Shown here piece by piece: positions 19,089-28,729 of a stretch of 64,000 bases of DNA. Both the position numbers and the translations under genes were made by a program. Position 1 is the first letter of the stretch. Each line of letters starts with the position of its first letter. Source of the stretch: Candidatus Parvarchaeota archaeon (GTDB lineage Archaea > Nanobdellota > Nanobdellia > JAAOXT01); assembly GCA_017609605.1 (NCBI GenBank), contig JAFCDO010000003.1, positions 24,470-88,469 of the forward strand, read 5' to 3'. The notes below the pieces were generated by a model. That model saw nothing but the letters and a program-made list of their open reading frames with translations, made no database searches and was not told the DNA's origin.

Positions 19089-19177
19089 CAAATAAAAAAG
19101 AACAAGAAACAGTAATTAAAACATTCCTATACAAATTCAATAACCTTTTAAGCAGACAATTGATTAACTTTTTTTAC

Positions 19178-19840
19178 ATGCGAGCGGGTTTAGAAAAAAA
19201 ATTTGAATCAAAAGCGGGAAAGGCAGGAAAAGCCTTGATGGGAGCGGGTATCGGCTCCACTACAGCGTACAATCTTGGACTCCTCGGCTTAATGGAAGCT
19301 ACTAAATCAGGATTCCCACCAGGATTCGAGAATTCTTCACTGCCAAGCATTATTTATGAACCATGCAACTGTGATGAAGGATGGACGTTCGCTCATGCCA
19401 TGCAAGACATTTTTTTGAACAATCAATTGCTTGAAGGAATGGTTGGAGGCGCGATTCCAGGAGCTTTGCTGGGAAGCGCTTTAGGCGCTGTCGCGGGATG
19501 GAAAAAAGCAAGCACTTGGAAAGGAAGAATTGGATACGCCTTAGGAGGAGCTTTTCTCGGAGGTTCATTAGGAGCAACAATTAATGGTTACGGCGCCAAC
19601 ATGGAGCTCATGGACAATTCTGAGACCCTTTTCGGCCCGTGGGAAGGCTGCGGTGTAGACCGGTTAGAACAAGCAATGGAGCACGGCGTCGGAGACGTAA
19701 CAAATATGGTAGGAATTTATCCACTGTTCTTAGCAGTAACGATGGGCATGACTGCGCTGGCAGCACTTTATTTTGCGGTTAAATCAGCAAAGCCATTGAT
19801 AAAACAAGGAAGAGAATTCTCAGAACAAATCAATCAATAA
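19178..19840 (+). CDS. Glycine-zipper membrane protein
   Basis: GxxxG repeats (GMVGGAIPGALLGSALGAVAG; GYALGGAFLGGSLG) and a C-terminal TM helix. Confidence 0.65.
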   Translation: MRAGLEKKFESKAGKAGKALMGAGIGSTTAYNLGLLGLMEATKSGFPPGFENSSLPSIIYEPCNCDEGWTFAHAMQDIFLNNQLLEGMVGGAIPGALLGSALGAVAGWKKASTWKGRIGYALGGAFLGGSLGATINGYGANMELMDNSETLFGPWEGCGVDRLEQAMEHGVGDVTNMVGIYPLFLAVTMGMTALAALYFAVKSAKPLIKQGREFSEQINQ

Positions 19841-19861
19841 AACTACCAGAAAAACACTTTC

Positions 19862-20296
19862 TTAAGAAACTTGAGAGTATTCTTGCATACGTGAACGAAT
19901 ATTATCCGACTTATCGGGGAACTCCTCTAACAATATCTCAAAAACAGAGTTACGAATAAGGCAGGGACCACATATTTTAGCCTTTTCCTTCTTGTTAATC
20001 AAGTTGGTCTTACAGATTCTTTTAACATGTTTTGTTAGGAGTTCTTTACTTATTCTAAGAGTATAAGATTCACCGCGAACTTCACAATCACTTATGCGCT
20101 TTTCCATAACTGAACTCAATTCAGGATTAATCCGTAATGAATTCCTTTCAACATACGTACTTATCGCTCCTTGTAAAGGGCAAGTGGTAGAACAAATTTT
20201 TGGAGGTTTTTTACTTCCCAAATTTTTACCACAACCCCTTTTTAGGAATGCCTCTAATTCGCCCTCGCTGAATTTAAACGCGAAAACTTCAACCAT
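19862..20296 (-). CDS. Hypothetical protein with duplicated three-Cys domain
   Basis: KRGC...KICSTTC and KRIC...KICGPC repeats; start taken at ATG 20296. Confidence 0.6.
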   Translation of the reverse strand: MVEVFAFKFSEGELEAFLKRGCGKNLGSKKPPKICSTTCPLQGAISTYVERNSLRINPELSSVMEKRISDCEVRGESYTLRISKELLTKHVKRICKTNLINKKEKAKICGPCLIRNSVFEILLEEFPDKSDNIRSRMQEYSQVS

Positions 20297-20354
20297 ATCA
20301 TTATGAGAAAACAAATCTTTTTTTTTATAAACTTTTGCAAAAAACAATTTTTTT

Positions 20355-23168
20355 TTATTCAAGAATGATTGAAGGCTTCATAGGCAAAGCTTTACCAGCC
20401 TTATCAGAACTACTCTTACGCTCTGAAACAATTTCAACTCTGCAATTCAAAACTTTTTCCAAAAACTTCTTATTATCCTTCAAAATTTTCAATTCCTTCT
20501 TACTTCCAAGAATGACAGAAGGGATCTTGTTAGCGTCCTTAGCGTAAACCTGTGCTAATTGGGCCGCGCGCTTACCATACTTTTTAACCTTAGAATTCAT
20601 GACCTCTTTTATCAGGGTTCTGAATTTTCCTTTCTCAACCGCTTTTCTCGCGCTCTCAGCCACTTCATTCTTCCAATCACTCGCAATAATGATTGTCAAC
20701 GAGTCAATCTCATCCTTTTTGATTAACCGTTGAATGCTCTTAACATCCACCATCAAAGCGTCCTTGTAATCCATTATCACTTGTATCTCTTTGTTCACAA
20801 ACTTTTTCTCTACTTTCGGCCAAGAAGCGTTATGAACCAACACTTTCTTTCCAAGATTTGAGTAAAGCTCTTCACTAAAATGAGGGGCGAAAGGAACCAT
20901 TAACCTGGCGAAAACGTCGAAAAAGTATTCAAGCACTTTCTTATTCAATTTTTTCGTGTTCAAATATTTGATTAAGTCAGAGTTCATGCCATGAAAAGCT
21001 TCTTGCAAAGCCTGCCTGTTCAAAGCACCGTCAAGAAAACCACTTGTTTCTTCAACCCTGTCCTGAACCCTGGCCAGCAACCACTTATCCATGTCATCCA
21101 ACTTTGACGCCTTAGAAGTCTTCAACACTGCAACTTCTTCAAGCAACCGCCCCATTTTTTTTATGAAACTTGTAGCGTTATCCTTGCGGAAATCAGGGTC
21201 GTCTAAACCCTCAGCAGTGTCGAACAACGCGAGCCTAGTGGCGTCAGCACCGAACTCTTCAATCACGACGGACAATGGTAAGAAATTGCCAAGCGATTTG
21301 CTCATCTTTTCTCCTTCACTGGTCACCCAACCGTTAACACTAATGCTTTTAGGCCAATACTTTTCAGGCCAGAAAGCAACGTGATTATAAATGAAAAAGC
21401 ACAGGTGATGAGGGACAAGGTCTTTTCCACTGCTCCTCATGTCCACAGGATAAAAATACTCAAATTCTTTCCTAATCTTATTCAACAAGGATTTCTTAAC
21501 CCCCACAATTTTCGCAACACCTTTCTTCTTTCGGTTAAGCAGGACGTAATCGAAGAACTCTGGAACAAGGTTGGTCTCTTTTAATTCTCCAGAGTTCACG
21601 TACTTGGCTATAATGTAGTAAGCCATGTAAATCGTGGAGTCTGACAAGGGTTCAATAATCCAGTTTTCATCCCAAGGCAAGAGGGTTCCAAGACCCGATT
21701 TTCTGGCGCACGCCTTGTCATTCATGTTTTTGATAGCGTTCTCAAACCACTTTCTAGCTTCTTCAGGATAAATCCTCATTTTGGACAAGCATTTCAAAGT
21801 CTTTTTCTTCCACGCTTTATTAGAGTATTTTATGAACCATTGGTTCTTCAACAATTTCACGTGGGTCGGGGTCGTGCACCTGCAAACGACTGGTTCGCTA
21901 GTCTCATGAATTCGTGACCCCCAACCTTTTTTCTCAAAATACTTGACCAGTTCATCCTTGCTTTCAGAAACTTTTTTGCCTGCAAAACTGCCGCAATTCT
22001 TGTTCATCTTCCCTTTATGAAACTCGTTCCTGTAAACAATGCTGGTAGCATTTTCCAATTTTTTAACGTCTTGTTGAGAAGTTATTCCTTTCATTTCACA
22101 AACCCTTACTGCAGGGTGCTCATCAAAACCTGGTGAATCAATCAAGTGAACGTAAACAATGCTGCCAACTTTTTTCTTGAATCTTCCCTTCTGTTTTAAA
22201 TCCTCTAACGCCATATGGTCGTAAGGCGCGTGGCTTGGAACACTCATTACAACGCCAGTAGAATTCTCGGGTTTGACAAAGCTGGCTGGGAAAATGTATA
22301 CGCTGTCACCCGTCACGGGGTTGTCCACGGTCTTACCCACCAATTCCTCCCCTTTTACTTTACCAATCAGTTCAACGTCGTAACCTTGACTGCCAAGTTT
22401 TTGAAACGCTTGCTCGCTAATAATCCATGTCTCACCGTTAACCTTTGCTTTAACGTAAACCACTTCAGGGTTGACCCACATATTGGTAACGCCATAAGTC
22501 GTTTCCGGGCGCAGCGTGGCTGCGGGCAGAACTGTGCCGTCATTCATGCGGAAATGAATCATCAAGTATTCAACGATTGTAGCGTTCTCGCCTTTCAAGC
22601 GGTCATGACTGCCCGTCGGGCTGTCGCAGAGAGGACAATAAATAATTGGGTGACTTCCTTTTCCAACCAGTTTCTTATCCTTTAATCGCAGGAACTGCCA
22701 GGTCACGAAACGATTGTAACACTTGTTTAAATAAGTGGTGAAAAAAGTTCTCCTCCAATCAATACTCATACCTAACTTGTGCCAGTACTTATCCCATTCT
22801 TTAATAAAATAAGAAGCCATTTTTTTAGGGTCTTTAAAAGAAGGGATTATTCTTTCAGGAACCATTCCTTTTTTGAACGTTTGGAACTGTTTCTCGTCGC
22901 CGGCCATGATTCTTTTCGCAGCACCCATCAATGGCTCTCCAGTCAGGTGCCAGGCTTGAGGGTATAGAACAACTTTTCCCATCATTTTATTGTAGCGGGC
23001 CATCATGTCAGCCCTTAAAGCAGAGTAAGAGTGGCCGATGTGAGGGGAGCAGTTAACGTAAGGGTAAGGGAACGTGATGAAAAACTTTTTCTTACCTTTA
23101 ACAGGATTCGCCTCAAACACTTTCTCTTTTTCCCATATCAACTGCCACTTGCGCTCGTAAAGCTTCAT
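20355..23168 (-). CDS. leuS: Leucine--tRNA ligase
   Basis: FPYPYVN..PHIGH, ATLRPET editing domain, KMSKS; start MKLYERKW. Confidence 0.96.
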   Translation of the reverse strand: MKLYERKWQLIWEKEKVFEANPVKGKKKFFITFPYPYVNCSPHIGHSYSALRADMMARYNKMMGKVVLYPQAWHLTGEPLMGAAKRIMAGDEKQFQTFKKGMVPERIIPSFKDPKKMASYFIKEWDKYWHKLGMSIDWRRTFFTTYLNKCYNRFVTWQFLRLKDKKLVGKGSHPIIYCPLCDSPTGSHDRLKGENATIVEYLMIHFRMNDGTVLPAATLRPETTYGVTNMWVNPEVVYVKAKVNGETWIISEQAFQKLGSQGYDVELIGKVKGEELVGKTVDNPVTGDSVYIFPASFVKPENSTGVVMSVPSHAPYDHMALEDLKQKGRFKKKVGSIVYVHLIDSPGFDEHPAVRVCEMKGITSQQDVKKLENATSIVYRNEFHKGKMNKNCGSFAGKKVSESKDELVKYFEKKGWGSRIHETSEPVVCRCTTPTHVKLLKNQWFIKYSNKAWKKKTLKCLSKMRIYPEEARKWFENAIKNMNDKACARKSGLGTLLPWDENWIIEPLSDSTIYMAYYIIAKYVNSGELKETNLVPEFFDYVLLNRKKKGVAKIVGVKKSLLNKIRKEFEYFYPVDMRSSGKDLVPHHLCFFIYNHVAFWPEKYWPKSISVNGWVTSEGEKMSKSLGNFLPLSVVIEEFGADATRLALFDTAEGLDDPDFRKDNATSFIKKMGRLLEEVAVLKTSKASKLDDMDKWLLARVQDRVEETSGFLDGALNRQALQEAFHGMNSDLIKYLNTKKLNKKVLEYFFDVFARLMVPFAPHFSEELYSNLGKKVLVHNASWPKVEKKFVNKEIQVIMDYKDALMVDVKSIQRLIKKDEIDSLTIIIASDWKNEVAESARKAVEKGKFRTLIKEVMNSKVKKYGKRAAQLAQVYAKDANKIPSVILGSKKELKILKDNKKFLEKVLNCRVEIVSERKSSSDKAGKALPMKPSIILE

Positions 23169-23218
23169 AACTACAAATAACGCAAACCAAGAATTAAAAA
23201 ACTTACTATTACAAAAAA

Positions 23219-23791
23219 TCAAGAATTCATTTTTTCAATTTCTTTTTTTCTTTTTTTCATTTCTTCATCAAATATTTTTTTTGCAGTTGAAGTGTAAAAC
23301 CGATTATTCTTCATCCGAGACTCCCAATGTTTTTTGGGAGTTTCCTCATATGCTTTAACATTTGAATAAAAATCTTCTTTGAAACAGTCTGACAGAGTAT
23401 CAGCGTCAATCAACAATCTTTTGTCAAGTTCTTCAGGGTTTTGAAACTTATGAGCTACGACAATATCAATTATTCTTTCAATTCTTTCTTTTTTATAACC
23501 TAAACCGCCCAAAATCTTTGAGATTATTTCGGGCGCATATTTTATGTGTAACCTTAATGCTTCAATCCTACCCTCTTCATTCTGGCTTCTTTGCAATTTT
23601 ATTGGAACTTTAGCCCATCCAACATCATGAACTATCGCTGCAGGAACCAGTATGTTTCTATCCTCTTCCTCTTTTTTTAGAAGTAATTCCATTGCCTTGG
23701 TAACTGATTTAGAGTGGAGAACAAAATTTTTTCTAACACCTTTTTTCAGATAAGGAATTGTTAAACCCCACAATTCTTTGAATTGTTCCAT
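23219..23791 (-). CDS. HD-domain metal-dependent phosphohydrolase
   Basis: H...HD...H...H...DAD motif order. Confidence 0.85.
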   Translation of the reverse strand: MEQFKELWGLTIPYLKKGVRKNFVLHSKSVTKAMELLLKKEEEDRNILVPAAIVHDVGWAKVPIKLQRSQNEEGRIEALRLHIKYAPEIISKILGGLGYKKERIERIIDIVVAHKFQNPEELDKRLLIDADTLSDCFKEDFYSNVKAYEETPKKHWESRMKNNRFYTSTAKKIFDEEMKKRKKEIEKMNS

Positions 23792-23795
23792 AATA

Positions 23796-23870
23796 TGGAC
23801 CCGGAGGGATTTGAACCCCCGACATACAGCTTAGAAGGCTGTCGCGCTATCCAGGCTGCGCCACGGGTCC
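23796..23870 (-). tRNA. tRNA-Arg(TCT)
   Basis: GGACCCG acceptor stem, anticodon loop TTCTAA context with TCT, GTTCAAATC T-loop; no intron, CCA not encoded. Confidence 0.95.
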
Positions 23871-23977
23871 CTGTCAAAACATTTAATTCTTTTGCAAGGT
23901 TTTTAAACCTTTTTACCTTTAAAATAATGAAATCAAAACGTTTAAAAAACCTTTTCGAATCCTTTTCAAACACGATA

Positions 23978-26209
23978 ATGAAACCACGATTAATAATAAC
24001 CACACTACTCGTAGCGTTCCTGTTCTGCACAGTTATTGCTGCAGATTATGACGTGGAAAACGTTAGGGCCAGTCCTTCAATTGTTGGCGAGGACGAACAC
24101 TTGCTGTTGTGGGGAAGAATAGATAACAACAATTTATCAGAATCCACTACTCCGGATAGACTCGAAATAGAAATAACTGATGGGGACGGCGACCACATCA
24201 GAAACTTGGACCCGCAATTCCACGCTGATGACGGCAATGACAAAGCGTTAAGCACAGGAGCTTTCATAACAAAAATAGAAACAGACGACTTGGATGAAGG
24301 AGAAACCTATTTTATAACCCTTAAAATAGATGGATTAATTCATTATTCCAGACAATTAACCCTTCAAAACACTGAAAGAAACGTGACCATAAAAATATTG
24401 AGCACGTGGCTTGACAATCACGATTTTCACTCAAACCTAAAACTGACTAACGAAAAAGATTACGCTCAAACAATCAATATAACGTTCATTGGCAACGGAG
24501 AAGAACAAACCCAAACCATTGATTTGGAGGCGGGCGAGACCAAATACGTGGAATCCATAATGGATTTCAACGATTTGAACATAAACACTGGAGCCAACAT
24601 AATAGTTGTTACAGCAGACTATCCAGGAGGAGAAGCCTTAACTGATTACGCTTTCTTCATGAAAGGCACAAAAGACTATTCTAATTATTACGACGCTGAA
24701 ATAACGTGTCAAGAGGAAGTGATAAGAAAAGAAACCATAAACCAAGTTCCGATAACCATTAAGAATGCGGGAAGCCTTACAACAGAATTCTCGCTATCAG
24801 TAATCTCAGGCGACCTGAAAGACCAGACTTCAGTCAGTGAAGAAAGAATCACGCTAAAACCCGGGGAAACAGGCAAAATAAACCTCGTTGTCACGGTTCC
24901 ATCAAACTTGACATTAAACCAAACCAGTTTTGATTTAAGAGTGGAGTACGCGGGAAAAACCGCTGAAAAAACTGTTTACCTAAACATTGAAGAAAAAGAG
25001 AAAACCCATTACTTCACCGTAGAAGGCGTGACCGTAGAAAAAGATGTTTACTTTATAGGCGAATTCTTGAACGGGACGATACAACTCAAAAACAGGGGAG
25101 ATTTCGACGAACAAATAACCGTGGAATACGGTTACTCCAGCGGAGTTTTAGGAACCACAGGAGTTATAAGCTTGACAAAAGGTCAGACAAAAAACATTCC
25201 ATTTTACATATATCTTCCAGGATACGTTGAGAACAACGAACTCGAATTAACGTTCACTGCAACCTCTAAAAATTATGTTTTCACAGCGAAAACTAACATA
25301 ACAGTGCAAACACCAGTGCACAATTTCTTTCTGGTTGAGTCATCTCCTTACAGAAACGAAATGGAACAAGGAGACAAACTAAACCTTTCCTTCGTCCTGT
25401 TTAATATAGGTAATAATGATTCATACACAATAAAAGCTGATTGGCCTTACTCAGATCTCCCACCAAAATTCAATCTCAACCAAGGAGAGCATAAAACGAT
25501 TACCGTGACTGTTCACGCTCCAAGCGAGTACGACGTGACAGGAGAGAACATTATAACAATCAAAGTCTGCTCAGCTCATGTTGAAACTTGCCAAGAAAAA
25601 AGGTATTTGGTCAACGTGAAAACCGTGCAAGAATCAAGCGTTGTAACATTCCCTGAAACCAATGAACTCTTCTTTGAAGGAGAAATCATTGATTATGATT
25701 TCGTGATTAAGAACGCGGAAGACGTTGCAAGAAGGTATCAAATTCAAGTAACGGGCTTACCAAAAGACTCTTTCACACTCCTGCCAGGAAGCGATGAAAC
25801 AATTTTTCGCGATCAATCCGTTCAATTTAAGGTTAGGATAAATAACTTAAAATCAGGATTCCACGAAACAACGATAAGCGTTTACGAAGAAGGAGAACTC
25901 ATGGGCGCTAAACAAATAACTGTTCAGTCCAAAAGCAACGGTTTAACAGGCCAGTTCGTAAACGTCGTTAGCGCAGGAGTACCCGTAATCATGGTAATAA
26001 TTGTGGGCGGCTTAATCAGTGGTTGGATGTACATGAGAGGAAGGGAAACAAAAGTTTATGATTACTGGAAAAAACCTGCAACCAAGAGTGATGAAAAACA
26101 AAAAACCAAGAAAGTGATGAGCGACCTCAGAAAAAAAGTGCTTGGCCTAAAAGAAAACCTTAACCCAAAACAAGTAAAACCTTATACCGACTACTTTAAA
26201 AAAGTGTGA
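23978..26209 (+). CDS. Secreted multi-Ig (CARDB/NEW3-like) surface protein with C-terminal membrane anchor
   Basis: Signal peptide MKPRLIITTLLVAFLFCTVIA; repeated IKNxG/LKNRG...LxPGE strands; TG + TM helix + basic tail. Confidence 0.8.
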   Translation: MKPRLIITTLLVAFLFCTVIAADYDVENVRASPSIVGEDEHLLLWGRIDNNNLSESTTPDRLEIEITDGDGDHIRNLDPQFHADDGNDKALSTGAFITKIETDDLDEGETYFITLKIDGLIHYSRQLTLQNTERNVTIKILSTWLDNHDFHSNLKLTNEKDYAQTINITFIGNGEEQTQTIDLEAGETKYVESIMDFNDLNINTGANIIVVTADYPGGEALTDYAFFMKGTKDYSNYYDAEITCQEEVIRKETINQVPITIKNAGSLTTEFSLSVISGDLKDQTSVSEERITLKPGETGKINLVVTVPSNLTLNQTSFDLRVEYAGKTAEKTVYLNIEEKEKTHYFTVEGVTVEKDVYFIGEFLNGTIQLKNRGDFDEQITVEYGYSSGVLGTTGVISLTKGQTKNIPFYIYLPGYVENNELELTFTATSKNYVFTAKTNITVQTPVHNFFLVESSPYRNEMEQGDKLNLSFVLFNIGNNDSYTIKADWPYSDLPPKFNLNQGEHKTITVTVHAPSEYDVTGENIITIKVCSAHVETCQEKRYLVNVKTVQESSVVTFPETNELFFEGEIIDYDFVIKNAEDVARRYQIQVTGLPKDSFTLLPGSDETIFRDQSVQFKVRINNLKSGFHETTISVYEEGELMGAKQITVQSKSNGLTGQFVNVVSAGVPVIMVIIVGGLISGWMYMRGRETKVYDYWKKPATKSDEKQKTKKVMSDLRKKVLGLKENLNPKQVKPYTDYFKKV

Positions 26210-26228
26210 AGCTAAGATTGATTCCATT

Positions 26229-26744
26229 ATGATTAATGGTTTTTTAACAGGGGATAAAGTGGTCTTGGAAGACCCGAAAGCCAAAGCATTCTACGATAGA
26301 AGCGTTTTCGGAAAAATAATTGAAGACAGATTAGAACTATCTTTAGAAGAAGCTTTCTACCTTATGGAAAAAAAAAAGATAAGAATAATTGACAGTAAAA
26401 AAAAACCTTTGGACTTGCAAAAACTTGTGAAAAAAGCTAAAAAAAAGTTTCCGAACTTCTGGACCAAATATTCAGTTTTTAGGGATATGCGAACCAGGGG
26501 TTACATCGTAAAAACCGGGTTGAAGTACGGGGCTGATTACAGGCTTTACGAGCGCGGAGCCAAGCTGGGGAAAAGCCACGCTAAATGGCTTTTATACTGC
26601 GTCAGCGAAAAAGACGCTTACAACTGGCAAAAATTCGCTGCCATGAACAGGGTTGCTCACAGCGTCAAAAAAAAACTGATAATAGCCATAGTCGACGATG
26701 AATCAAGCATAACATACTACGAGATAGGGTGGATACGACCATAA
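26229..26744 (+). CDS. endA: tRNA-intron endonuclease (catalytic subunit)
   Basis: RGYIVKTGLKYGADYRLY, His in KSHA, RVAHSVKK. Confidence 0.95.
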   Translation: MINGFLTGDKVVLEDPKAKAFYDRSVFGKIIEDRLELSLEEAFYLMEKKKIRIIDSKKKPLDLQKLVKKAKKKFPNFWTKYSVFRDMRTRGYIVKTGLKYGADYRLYERGAKLGKSHAKWLLYCVSEKDAYNWQKFAAMNRVAHSVKKKLIIAIVDDESSITYYEIGWIRP

Positions 26745-26789
26745 AGCCAAACAAAAATTTAAAAAGCCCAAAAGCAATTCTCTAAACTA

Positions 26790-26853
26790 GTTGCCGATGA
26801 GGATTAAATGGGCGGACTCCAAAAAATGGAGTGAACGTGACGTCTGAGGCGAC
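26790..26853 (+). ncRNA. Candidate C/D-box guide sRNA
   Basis: Terminal stem GTTGCC/GGCGAC flanks C-like ATGAGGA and D box CTGA (26844-26847); TTTAAAAA about 25 nt upstream. Confidence 0.65.
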
Positions 26854-26887
26854 AATTTTAATAAAAACAAAAACATAATTGATAGAC

Positions 26888-28729
26888 ATGCTGAAAAAAA
26901 CCTTTCTCATCCTAACAACATTTCTCCTGTTAAGCCCCGTGCAAGCAGAACTAATAGGAAAAGCCACGACCCAGCTTCCAGGAGTCAGAGCCACGGATAC
27001 TGGTTATAAAGGTATACTCGCCACAGTAGAAGTGGAGGTGCACAACGGGTCTGGCAGGGTCTTCGTGGACACAATGCCTCTCACCGAAGTGGACACTCAA
27101 GCGAGCGCTAGACTTGCTAAAGAAGTGTCCTGCAACACGCTAAACCTTAACTGCAACGAATACGACTTCTTTTACATAATCAGGTCTCACGCCCCAATAG
27201 TGGGAGGGCCTAGCGCGGGAGCAAGCCTGGCCGGAGCCACGCTAGCAGCTCTTACTAACAAGACGGTGAACGAATCAGTAATGCTCACGGGCACCATAAA
27301 CCCTGACGGCAGCGTGGGTAGAGTGGGAAGCATACTCACGAAAACAGAAGCCGCGTACGAAGGCGGAGCAACCAAATTCCTAATACCCAAAGGACAATCC
27401 ATCATCTACCTAGAAGAAGGAGCAACCACTCAAACACTTGACTTAACCGATTACGCGAAAAAGAATTGGGGGGTCAGCATCATAGAAGTGAAAAACGTTA
27501 AAGAAGTTTACAAACACTTAACCGGTTACGAAATAATACAAGAAAAAATTCCTGAAACAAAGAGCAGCCAGGTTTACGAAAGACTCATGAAAAACATGTC
27601 CCAAAAACTGTTATCAATAAGCCTGCAAGAACTGCAAATAGTTGAAGACAAAAAAGAAAACGTTGCCCTAACATACGCTCAATCACAGGAGTTGAACACT
27701 GCTGTGAGCGAACAAAAAAGTTTGTTGCTCTTAGCTCAAAGTTTGTATAACTTGGGTGAGTACTACTCCGCCGCAAGTTATGCTGTCAGAGCATCCATAA
27801 CACTCAAATTTCACAACAATTACGTTGATTACCTTGGAACAGATTCTCAAAAAATCTTTGTCAAATCAATAATTGATAAGGTCAACGACGAAATAAAAAT
27901 CACTGAAAAAAAGGTTGATGGCAACATCACGCTAATAAGTCTTTACGACATAGAACTTTTAACGGTCAGCACTGACCGCATAAGAGAAGCTGAGCAAACC
28001 ATGGAAGAAGCTTACAAGTATTATTATAACGATGGTTACGTGGACGCCCTTTACGAAACAAGTTTCGCTGAAGTCCGCAAAGTAACAGCTGAAACGTGGT
28101 ACGAGATGATAGGCTCGGAACCAGGAAACTTGAGCGTGACATTTGATACCAGAAAGTTAGAATCCTTTGCGTACGAGAGACTAAGGCAAGCCAGGGATTC
28201 GATGACGTACGCCAACACGATTTATGGCCCGACACCTGGCGTGGCAGAGCACTTGCAGAAATCTGAAGATGCCATAAAAACTGGAAAACACGTTTTCTCA
28301 ATATTTGAGTCAACCCAAGCGATAGCGTTATCCAACTTAATCCTTGACACTAGCACGATGGACTCGGCACAAATGAGTCAAGTGCTGGAGGACAAGAAAC
28401 AAGACGCCACCCAATCAATCAATTCTGCCAGACAAAAAGGCTTGCTACCCATACTCGCCATGTCATATAAAGAATACTCAAAGCAATTCGAGGCAGAACA
28501 ACCTGAAACAGCCTTAATCTACCTGTCATTTTCAAAACATTTCGCGGACATCAGCGAAGACCTTCTCAACGCAGCTCAAACCGGCGAAATAATCCAAAAA
28601 CAAGAAATAAAAATAGTTAAGTCAAGCGATGACGCGTTAAGCCAGCAAATACTTAGTTCATTAGCACTAATCTTAATCGGCTTCATGCTAGGAATGATAT
28701 TTTCGATAAGATTATACAAAAGAAAATGA
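26888..28729 (+). CDS. Archaeal secreted S16 (Lon-like) serine protease
   Basis: Signal peptide, GGPSAG catalytic Ser, TGTINPDGSVG.VG...K dyad, C-terminal TM. Confidence 0.9.
   Translation: MLKKTFLILTTFLLLSPVQAELIGKATTQLPGVRATDTGYKGILATVEVEVHNGSGRVFVDTMPLTEVDTQASARLAKEVSCNTLNLNCNEYDFFYIIRSHAPIVGGPSAGASLAGATLAALTNKTVNESVMLTGTINPDGSVGRVGSILTKTEAAYEGGATKFLIPKGQSIIYLEEGATTQTLDLTDYAKKNWGVSIIEVKNVKEVYKHLTGYEIIQEKIPETKSSQVYERLMKNMSQKLLSISLQELQIVEDKKENVALTYAQSQELNTAVSEQKSLLLLAQSLYNLGEYYSAASYAVRASITLKFHNNYVDYLGTDSQKIFVKSIIDKVNDEIKITEKKVDGNITLISLYDIELLTVSTDRIREAEQTMEEAYKYYYNDGYVDALYETSFAEVRKVTAETWYEMIGSEPGNLSVTFDTRKLESFAYERLRQARDSMTYANTIYGPTPGVAEHLQKSEDAIKTGKHVFSIFESTQAIALSNLILDTSTMDSAQMSQVLEDKKQDATQSINSARQKGLLPILAMSYKEYSKQFEAEQPETALIYLSFSKHFADISEDLLNAAQTGEIIQKQEIKIVKSSDDALSQQILSSLALILIGFMLGMIFSIRLYKRK

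Noticed and set aside
23783..23977. N-terminal extensions of ORFs 23783..26209 and 42329..42988
   Set aside because: They run through tRNA genes; the true starts are 23978 and 42856.
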